The notes below the pieces were generated by a model, which made no database searches, had not been told where the DNA came from, and saw only the letters and a list, made by a program, of their open reading frames with translations. The position numbers and the translations under genes were made by a program. From Setoptus koraiensis (taxonomy: Eukaryota; Animalia; Arthropoda), in assembly GCA_048013815.1 (NCBI GenBank), contig CM106586.1:6634001-6698000 (forward strand): a DNA stretch of 64,000 nt. Direction: 5' to 3'. Each line of letters starts with the position of its first letter. The stretch's first letter is position 1. Positions 13,430-22,679 of this stretch are shown piece by piece.

Positions 13430-14329
13430 ATGAGCTACGAAAATCTTCTAGCTGGCATATGTAGTGGTATTACATCAACATTGGTCCTACATCCATTGGA
13501 TTTACTTAAAGTGAGATTTGCAGTCAGTGATGGTCAATCAAAACTAAAACCTAATTACAGGAATATTGGTAACGCACTAACAACCATTGTTAGAGATGAA
13601 GGCTTTAGAGGTCTCTACAAAGGAGTTGCCCCCAATTGTTGGGGCGCCGGCACATCATGGGGACTATATTTTCTATTTTATGAAAAAATTAAACACTGGA
13701 TGTCGAAAAGTAATCACAACCAACCACTCGGACCAATCAAACACATGACAGCAGGTGCTTGCGCAGGTTCACTATCAGCCGTTATAACGAATCCTATTTG
13801 GGTTGTTAAGACAAGATTATGTCTCCAGTATGGCAATTTAAATATAGCAGGAGGTGTCAATCAGTTGCCTGAAAGCAAAAGATACTCAGGCACAATAGAC
13901 GCATTTAGAAAGGTTTACAAATTTGAAGGTATACCAGGCTTATATAGAGGATTCCTGCCTGGTTTATTCAATGTCTCACATGGTTCCCTTCAGATGATGG
14001 CATACGAAGAAATGAAGAAGGCTTACATAAAACGCAACAATCTACCTAATGATCATCAGTTTAGTCAAACGCAATATTTAGTTTTCGCCAGCTTAAGCAA
14101 GATATTTGCCTCTTCATTAACTTATCCATTTCAAGTGGTACGCGCCCGACTTCAAGATCAGCACTCAAATTATACTGGCCTAACTGATGTTATTAAGAGA
14201 ACTTGGAGGTACGAATCTTATTTAGGATTCTATAAGGGTTTTCGCGCTTATATATTGCACGTAACGCCTAACATCTGTATAGTGTTCTTTGTTTATGAGG
14301 CAACAACTCATGCACTCAAGAATGGTTGA
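13430..14329 (+). CDS. SLC25A32: Mitochondrial folate/FAD carrier, unspliced isoform A (299 aa)
   Basis: Three carrier repeats: HPLDLLKVRFAV, NPIWVVKTRLCLQY, YPFQVVRARLQDQH. Also WGAGTSWGLYFLFY and GLFNVSHGSLQMMAYEE, typical of SLC25A32/Flx1. Confidence 0.95.
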   Translation: MSYENLLAGICSGITSTLVLHPLDLLKVRFAVSDGQSKLKPNYRNIGNALTTIVRDEGFRGLYKGVAPNCWGAGTSWGLYFLFYEKIKHWMSKSNHNQPLGPIKHMTAGACAGSLSAVITNPIWVVKTRLCLQYGNLNIAGGVNQLPESKRYSGTIDAFRKVYKFEGIPGLYRGFLPGLFNVSHGSLQMMAYEEMKKAYIKRNNLPNDHQFSQTQYLVFASLSKIFASSLTYPFQVVRARLQDQHSNYTGLTDVIKRTWRYESYLGFYKGFRAYILHVTPNICIVFFVYEATTHALKNG

Positions 14330-14538
14330 ACAAGCTCACTCTAGTTGAGTCACAGACTAGTTAATTAGTATCACGAAAAGAGAGCTGACTAATTCTAGAT
14401 TTATTAGCAATCCAAAGTATATTTATATTCGTAATCGAGTATATACACACACATATATATATATACAAATACAATATATAACATCCCTCCAATTCATTAT
14501 TGTTATTGTATTGCCCTGTCTATAATCATCATCACTAG

Positions 14539-14668
14539 GAACGAACGGATTAGTGGATTCTACAAAGGATTTCAGCCGTCACTAATTAGAGTTGTTCCCG
14601 CCAGTGCCATCACATTTACTATCTACGAAGGTATCCTTAACGGGATCCGCAGAGAAAGAAGAGATTGA
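14539..14668 (+). CDS. SLC25A32: Alternative duplicated 3' terminal exon of SLC25A32 (isoform B C-terminus)
   Basis: Internal donor GAG|GTACGA (exon end 14208, phase 2) and acceptor CATCACTAG|G at 14538/14539 are phase-compatible. The exon encodes R-NERISGFYKGFQPSLIRVVPASAITFTIYEGILNGIRRERRD*, a second copy of the carrier helix-6 segment. It is absent from the ORF track. Confidence 0.85.
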
Positions 14669-14875
14669 CAATAATTTAGCTCTATCCTCACAAAGAGCCG
14701 CATCCGATTTGCGCCTATAGAACCCATATATTAATGGCGTGGACGATAACAATATAATATAAAACCCAACATGCCTGAACAAGATAGTTCTGTCCTCAGA
14801 CTCAACGTTCAGGAAATGTCGAAAATTTTTCACCCTCTTCTCAAGATTTTCGACTCGCTTTATAAGCGAATTCAT
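14582..14875 (-). CDS. Small single-pass membrane protein of unknown family (97 aa)
   Basis: Basic amphipathic N-terminus (LIKRVENLEKRVKNF), TM-like HVGFYIILLSSTPLIYGFY then RRK. A TTACAG acceptor lies 9 nt upstream of the ATG. The last 87 nt overlap the SLC25A32 alternative exon on the opposite strand. Confidence 0.45.
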   Translation of the reverse strand: MNSLIKRVENLEKRVKNFRHFLNVESEDRTILFRHVGFYIILLSSTPLIYGFYRRKSDAALCEDRAKLLSISSFSADPVKDTFVDSKCDGTGGNNSN

Positions 14876-14975
14876 CACTAATCTCTGTAATTCAAATTAT
14901 TCAAATAGTGATTGTAGTTATTATAGTGGTATAAATAAAGTTGTTGTTATGATTCCTTATCCGTATTAATCCGTA

Positions 14976-15170
14976 TCAATTGTCAGCGGTCTTGGTTGGT
15001 TTTGCCACCTGATCACCAGATATAGATTTGGCGTTTTTTTCGGCTATTTCTTTCAAAATTGGCGAATATATGTAATAGGCAATAACGGTTTGCATAAACA
15101 TAAAAACGCCTATGGTCGTATTAGATACTCCTCTTAGGCGCCGTATTCTGGTGAACTTGTTACGGAACAT
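14976..15170 (-). CDS. Microprotein (64 aa), PIGBOS1-like single-pass membrane protein
   Basis: MFR..RRLRG, a hydrophobic segment ending YYIYSPILKE, then a charged tail. This matches the recalled PIGBOS1 layout (MFRRL...GGVYIFQPVFEQ). Similarity judged by eye only. Confidence 0.45.
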   Translation of the reverse strand: MFRNKFTRIRRLRGVSNTTIGVFMFMQTVIAYYIYSPILKEIAEKNAKSISGDQVAKPTKTADN

Positions 15171-15782
15171 CACGTGTTTAGATCATGCTCGATCTATATG
15201 ATTAAATGATAGATTCTGACAACAAGTAGACTGATTGTCTTGAACTTGAGATTGATTTGTTAATAGGGTCGTCGGCGAATGAGACAGTGATAACCTTGTT
15301 TCTGTATCATGTTAATTTCAATTGAAAGAATCACATGTATGATATCTCATGCTTGTTTTGTTTATTTGCGAGCGCCCTCTTCCATCGATGGTCTCCACTA
15401 GAGTTGGCGCGCACAACATCATCCATTTTTGAAGAACGCAAAAAGTTCTTGCGAAAAATCTGATAGAAACTTATACAACTTACAATCAACAAAATTGATC
15501 ACCCGTCACGAGTATTAGCCAGTCAATTATGATCATGCGGATGGGTTCGGGATGAAATCTAGACAGCAACAAAATTTTTGATTGACGCAGAATTCTTGTA
15601 AACAACTATATTTTTCAAAGAAAACTGTAACTATTCCTACATCTTAGAAAATGTCCTAAAAGATCATCATTCTGAGAATTGGTTACATCTCAACAGCCAG
15701 CTGCCGATTGGCGCGAATTATTACTATTTGTATAATCATGGTTCAATCTTAGACTCCTGAAAACATGTGGATTGTATTTTCT

Positions 15783-16912
15783 TTACAGGTCTAGGGATTC
15801 ATATAAAATTTTTATTTATAGAACGCATTTACACAGAAAAACAGTCGAAAACTTTAGTCAACCAAAGTTATCACCCGTTACTTACCGATCGGTAACCTCG
15901 CCTTATGTTCTGACTAGTTTTCAGGCCACTTCAATCAGTGACCTCGTAAATCGACTTTCTACTTACCTTGGATATCTACCTGGATGATCTTCTTGAGATC
16001 AGGATCAACTTTGTTCGAGGCGACACACTCGTAAAGACCAGAGTTCTGCGCTATAGCATCATTAACCGATAACATCCCATCGACATCTTTTAAGTTTGGG
16101 GTCTCATTGATGTTACCATTCAATTTTCTCCACTTCACTAATGGTTGTGGCTGCCCTTTGGCCAAGCAGTTTATTTTCGCTGTTCGTCCGACGGCTATTT
16201 TTATGTCTTGAGGTTCCACTAGCCACTTTAGTTCGGCTGTATAGATCACCGAGAAGGTGTTTAATCAGATAATGAAAAGTTAATAGGTAACCACGAGGTA
16301 CACACGAGTGGTAATATCATAGTTGAATTATTTAGTAAATAAGGATAATTACCAACAACCGTTAAACGTGCAGAGACACTGTCGTGACCATGGGAATTTT
16401 CCACTCGACAAGTGTAATTTCCTGCGTTAGCTACAGTGATATTGGTTATCTGCAATATTGAATGGCCTTGCTCAAACTTGATAGTATATTGTCCCCCGTG
16501 ATTGTTGTCTAGTTTGTGACCGTCCTTTGACCATTTATATCTGAGATCATAACTGTTCTCTCCATTGGACACAATACAGAACATTCCAGCGTTTGATCCC
16601 TCACTGTAGCTATCCTGTAAAGGCATGGGAAGTAACTTCGGAACACCTGAATTTGCAAATTAAATTTATTAAGATACAGATATCTGTGAATAACTATACA
16701 ACAAGCTCAATGATCGAGTGAATCGTGTCCTTATGTCTTACTGGAATTGTAATCAGTTTATTGAACTGACTGTGAGTATTCATTCACTTACTTGATTTTA
16801 GCTTATTGTTTGAATTGACGGCATCCCCTGATGACAATGTCAGAGATTGGTATATGGTAAATAGAAACAACAACCATACTGATTGTTGTCGTCGCTTGTT
16901 TGCCGCACACAT
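15783..16912 (-). CDS. Secreted two-Ig protein resembling a shortened-Dscam variable cassette (leader + Ig7-like + Ig8-like), about 238 aa
   Basis: Exons 16912-16792 (signal peptide MCAANKRRQQSVWLLFLFTIYQSLTLSSG), 16646-16353 (Ig: FCIV..WSKDG..AGNYTCRVEN), 16236-15967 (Ig: WLVEPQD..INCLAKGQPQPLVKWRK..GLYECVASN), putative 24-nt microexon 15909-15886 and stop exon 15790-15783. All junctions are phase 1; total 717 nt. The last two exons are less certain. Confidence 0.75.
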
Positions 16913-16984
16913 TTGTCCGTTTGAGTCAAAATATATTGTATTCTATTATAGCTTGAAAAAGTTGATCTGATGAAAGAAATGTGA

Positions 16985-16992
16985 TATCGATA
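16985..16992. promoter_or_regulatory. DRE motif TATCGATA
   Basis: Exact DREF-type palindrome 73 bp upstream of the Dscam-like leader ATG. Function inferred. Confidence 0.4.
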
Positions 16993-18551
16993 AGAACAAT
17001 CGTCTCGGTCAACAACAGTGAGAACTGCTTATCATAGCCAAATACGATGATCTATAGATTGAGGTTTATATTTTCACAGGTAATACCAATAACCAACGAA
17101 GAAATCCAACATTTTTAGATCTGTTTTGTTTTTTTACGCATTTTTTATCTAAACAAGACCAGCTGATATGCGGTGACATATGCAATGACCGCGCCTAGCT
17201 CCGTTGTCCAAATGCAAATCCCACTGTCACAAAGTCACTATGGATATGGATCTATATTATGTTTCGATCTTTGTAACTTTATATTCAGCATATATTCCAC
17301 CTGTCAGGGTCCCTGAAGTTTAGTTCGGAATCTTCATTGCTCACTAGAATTGAAGTAAATATATTCTCTCCTTAAAGATGTTAGTCGGAAGGCGATCATC
17401 CACAGGAACGAAAGAAATTCAAATTTCTAGGCTAGTGGTTCGGTCCACCTTCTCATTTAGTTTGAATAAATTATGCTCAATGAATGAACCATTGACGTAA
17501 TGAGGGCAAATTCCCTCGACGGCTTTGTTTGACTCAGACAACTCAGACCTTCCAAATACAATGTAATAGTCCGACAGGAGATTAAGATTGCTAATTAACA
17601 ATGCACATCACTCGTAAATGTATAAAATTAGGCATCTTGAGCGATGTGAAATATTTTATCGATCATCAATATTTTATCATGATAGTCAACCTTGTTCCGC
17701 TTGGAGCTTGAGTGTTCCAATTCCGAAACATCCTTTACTGCTACATGACAGCATTATTAGGGCCAACAGAATTGGTAGTCATTCTTGCCATAAATCGATA
17801 GAAATCATGTGAAATAAAACGTAATTTCAGATGGCAGTATATATGCGTGATTGTGCAGCTACCTATTGAGTTGATTTTAAATTAAAGATTAACTCTAATC
17901 ATGTGACAACTCTTCAGGTCACCTTCTGTACATTACATTCAGAATTTATCTGATCAAACACGGACTAAAGCTTATTTCTATCGTATGACAATGTGAGCTG
18001 CCAATGGAATCATCAGCGTTTGTCATCTAGAGAATAACTGCTAGATTTGCCCAATCTAACACCTCCGAGGATGCAGTTCAGTCGCTGTGAGTGACTGACG
18101 ATGGAAGTTTTCAGACCCTACTAATCTTGCGGTAATCAGGATCTTGTTCATTCGTAATTCATTGAAAATCAGATTCCATGTGAGTTTTATTGTCATAGGC
18201 ATGACGGATGACAGACCGCCCGTGATCAGATCTTCCTAGTCATACCTCGATTTTCTCAAGTTCGTTTTCCCATCGTCGTTAATTCTCCATAAATCATATT
18301 GTTTTGTATCGAACGATAGGCAAGACAGAACTAGTGTTAGAAGTATTTTTTTTTTGTTATGACATTGAAAAATTATAACAGGGAAAGCTAAATTGTGTAC
18401 TGCTATTTAATATCTTTAATTAATAAACAAGTGCTGTTACATGAGCTTAAGCGACTTGCCAATTTGCGCATCGTTGCCCTCGGGACCGGAAACGGGTGAA
18501 TCTAATTCTCTAAAAGGGACCTCACGATCTTCAGTTCTAGAAAGGTTACGT

Positions 18552-18993
18552 TCATGATTTGGGGCACAATGTGATCGATGCGCAGAAATCTCTATCATCC
18601 ATGTGCTTTATGATGACAGAGTCTACCACATCACGAAGAAAACTCTCCAAAGATCTTTCACAATCTAATTCGAGCTTTTTGACAACGTTAAAAAAAGTGC
18701 AAACCTTTCGCACAAATCCATCTAACTTCTTTTTATCGCTTGCTTGTTCTTTGAGGAACTTCAATGCATCTAGACAAGAATCACATATCGGAATTCCCTG
18801 TTCAGATAGGATAACTGGTCTTTGCTTTATAATCGCCGCCTCTAATCATCCGTGTTTGATGCAGAACAGGAAACAGATTAGATTAGTCACGAAGAACATA
18901 CAATTTTCAATATTTCCCATCAATAAAATACTTACCTAATGCAATAACAAAGCAGGCAACAGTCAAAAGAGACAGCGCGAATTTGGTATTCAT
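18552..18993 (-). CDS. Secreted single-domain saposin-like protein (115 aa)
   Basis: Exon 1 18993-18936 (signal peptide MNTKFALSLLTVACFVIALG), intron 18935-18842, exon 2 18841-18552 with the six-Cys saposin B pattern CDSC..VC..DC..FCASITLC. Confidence 0.85.
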
Positions 18994-19891
18994 GATGATC
19001 ACTTGTTGAACGCGATAATGAACGATGGATTCGTCGCATAGGGTTTTGATTATCTTGATATCGTTCAAAAATGGGCCTTTAAATTAGAAGTGTCAATCTT
19101 CGAAGTGTCAATCTTTGTTTCTGAAAATTCAAAAAAATCTTCCACTTACATACCACAATATCTGCCTGAAGTCGTTCTAGCTAACGAATAAACAAAAAAT
19201 TTATGATTTCGTTTATAATCTCATCGGCAATATTCTCGCTGTTTCTCACCATGGGGTGGATCAAATTGGCGAAAACGCTCAGTTGCAGTTTATAGTATGG
19301 TTACGATCAGATAGTGAGAAGCACAATCACAGAGACTAAAACAGACACGCAGCTTCGATGGATCTATGAATATAATAACAATTTGTCAATCATTAATAGA
19401 TATCCGTCGACAGATAGAAAGCAGTTTACCTGACATTTTTTTCGAATTTTTCCACCTATGAAGTACTTGCACTGTCGTCAATTAACTTCTAGTTCATTAA
19501 CAACAGCTGTCTAACTGTGAGCCTTCGCAGGGCAGAAATGCCCCACATCCGTCACTATAGTTGTTTTGGCATAGTTTTTCTCTCCTAGGTTCGTCCATTC
19601 ATACTATTGTTCTCGTAGTCGGTGTCACATTTTATTCAAGAGTGATGTCAATCATTAATGAAAAAGTACATTCGTCAACGTAATTCAATAGATGGACGAA
19701 AAGTATGGTGACAAAGATATTGCAGTGGTCGTGAGAACTGCAATTGCGCACTTGCTTTCGATTCGGAGTCCGATTTGTAATCGTTCGTTTTCGGGCTGGT
19801 CAGTACGAGTGTCTCAATGATAGAAACCAATAAATAATTAATACCAAGAACTTTGCATGCAATTCAAATCTTTCAATGTTTATCTTCTACA

Positions 19892-21785
19892 ATGTGGCCT
19901 CTTGGAATAAAAAAACAAGTGAAAACTAGTGGTGCTCTTTTAGAGCTCATATTCCTCTTCTATTTGCTTCTAGGAGATGCAGTCTTCATGGAGGGGGCAG
20001 TCTGGACAAAATATCAAACCAGGAGGTATCTCACCAACAAGACCTTATTCGTTTCAGTTATAGTGAGAGAGCCATTTGTAATATTCAATAAAAATGGGCC
20101 AGCTCGCATCAAGGATATAGCGATGGCTGATGATAAAAATTCAACTACATTAGAAGAATATCAGGCCGACGTTTCCGATCCACAAAACTATTCAGGCGTT
20201 GCCGTTGAGGTTCTCGAACGTTTGTCGCAAATGTTTCGCTTTAAGTATCGTTTTCTGCGCAGGAAAGACGGCCTATTCGGATCAAAAGGGCGCGATGGTA
20301 CATGGAATGGTCTAATTGGTGATGTTTATCGAAATATATCAGATATCGGCCTAAGTGCCCTATCCATCACGATGGAACGGATGTTGGCGGTTGATTTTAG
20401 CCGGGCATATTTTGTAGAGACGACCGCAATATTGATCCCTAAACCGGAGGAGGAAAAAAATTATTTTGCCATATTCCAACCATTTTCGATGAGTGTTTGG
20501 CTAATATTGTTGGTCACCATATTAAGCTTAATTATGCTCATACCCTTAATGTCGTGGTTTGAATTTGGGACCAAAGAAACAACAACAAAAGGCATCGCTC
20601 ACGGCGGCATCGCTTCGAAACATTGCTTCTCATCGAAACGCAAACGAAGTTTGTCGATAAGGCAGTCGCTTCGTGACACAGAGGTCAAACATTATTGGGT
20701 GCAGCAATTTTACTATGCGGTTTCGTGTGTCATCAATATACTTTTGATAAGAGGTTCGTTATATACTTTCACCATCTACATGTTTGATCACATTCATCTA
20801 GTAGTTCGTTAATTTATATATGCTTTATATAATCAAATCAACTTGATTATGTTGATCCTCTCGCTTCGTTATCGTTGTCGCGCTAAACAGATATTGAGAA
20901 TCCGCCAAGACAAAACCCGATCAGGATACTGTTGTGCGTTTGGTGGTTGAGTACAACAGTTATAGTAAACATTTACTTTGGTATATTATTTGGACAACTG
21001 GTGGTACCCCGTGTGCCTCGCTCTATAGACACATTGGAGGAGCTGGCTAACCAGGACAAGATCAAATGGAGTGTCACCAGAGGTTCAGCGACATATGATC
21101 TATTTTTGAAATCGGCCCCCGATTCAATCTATGCGAAAATTGGCCGAGCTATGGAGAATGCCACGAGTGCCGAGTATGGTATCAATCGAACATTGAATTC
21201 TGGCTGGGCATTTATAAGAGAAAAATCAATTCTGACATTCAAGGTAAGCTTTGTCGATTGATAGAATACTGCGGACAATGAATAACAAAGTTTGTCAGAA
21301 ACAACTAACACATGTGCTCATTGTACTGTGGCCCATGATTGAAATAGATTTCAGAGTATCACACCCGTATGAAACAATGCAAAATGAAACTTGCCAAAGA
21401 GGAGTTTTTCTCAGTTGGATTTGGGATCGCCTTCAAAAAGGGTGCCCCTTACGTCAGTGCCTTTGACTCGGCTATCGGAATGATGATAGAGAATGGATTT
21501 GTGGCAAAATGGCAAGCTCAATACTGGCCCACGAAAAATGTCTACACTCAATGCGACGATGGACCTACAGAGGGCGAGCCTCTGTCCATGAAGCATTTTC
21601 TAAGTATCTACCTGGTCTGCTCATTGATCATACTAACTTCGGCTGGAATATTGTTGTATCAATCAACTCACAAGCATATATTCGTTGGCCAAATGAAACC
21701 ACTCATAATTAGAATGGTTCAATGGATACGAAATAGCAGGAAGAACAGGCAAATGATGATTGGTGGTAACGCGGCTACGGCCTGA
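19892..21785 (+). CDS. Ionotropic receptor (variant iGluR/IR family), 3 exons, about 550 aa
   Basis: Exons 19892-20753, 20891-21243, 21348-21785 (1653 nt, phase-consistent). S1 (REPFV, GTWNGLIGDV, ITMER, VDFS), M1 (IFQPFSMSVWL), M3 (WWLSTTVIVNIYFGILFGQL), S2 (RGSAT, AFIREKS, GFGIAFKKGAPY), M4. The start at 19892 gives a signal-peptide-like N-terminus but is uncertain. Confidence 0.9.
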
Positions 21786-22679
21786 CGTGGTTGCTGCTCG
21801 AATTATGTAGTCGCTAATTTCCATTGGATGCACATTGTCTTAGCGGATGCCTTTAGCGAGCGGTCCGATCCGGGCGGATTTCTTACCAGACTTGCCACGT
21901 CTGAATCATAAATCAGGGCTGATATCGATCAAAATTAATACAAATCAATTAATAGTAGTGGTAGATGATTAATTGTTTTAGTGCGGCAATTGTTAGAGGC
22001 CTTAGGAACGATCAACAAACTATGACCAGTGGCCAGTACTCGGCAGCTCATGGTTGTTTTGTTCGCGAGCGCCCTCTCGCCGAGATTCTCACAACTAGGG
22101 TGTGTAAACAGTTCGTGCTGCGACGCGCGCACGATTGTCCGTCAGCACCGTGCGCTCTGTTCTCTTCTCTCACTTGTAACGTGGTGCTTGACCAGAGCAG
22201 TTCGCAACAAAGCTCACCTGAAACGCTCTCATTTCGAGGCACACAGCATATCAAACGACCCCAAGACAAATTTAGTTTTTTACACACATAGCTGCAACAA
22301 GAAATATTCAAGATAATCAAGACACGTTCATAGTGGCCACATCAATCGGTGAAGCAACAAGATGAGAATGCCAGCGATAGAAAAATAATCAGATCCAGCG
22401 AATTTGTCCGCCGAATCGCCCCCCAAAGCAACACATGTTCAGTTTTTTATCATCAAAATCCCCATGTCGACCACTTGACTCAACGCTCTAGCTCACTAAG
22501 AGAGCGTTTTTTGTGAGCCAACAGCGCCAATCTCACAGCTAATTTATGATAATTAAATCTGAACCATTCGCTCGCCATCTCACACATAAAACACACACAC
22601 ACACATACACAAACGAACAACAAGCTTGACAGATGAGTCCCCAAGAATAATCAGCATTCTAGTGAAAAAGCCTGAGAGA

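Noticed and set aside
17140-18330. Possible gustatory receptor on the minus strand (tail GICIWTTELGAVIAYVTAYQLVLFR)
   Set aside because: The TY..QF signature is absent and I could not build a phase-consistent multi-TM gene upstream; all frames contain stops.
21783-21909. Stop-codon readthrough of the IR (TGA-C then about 41 open codons)
   Set aside because: This length can arise by chance and no conservation data are available.
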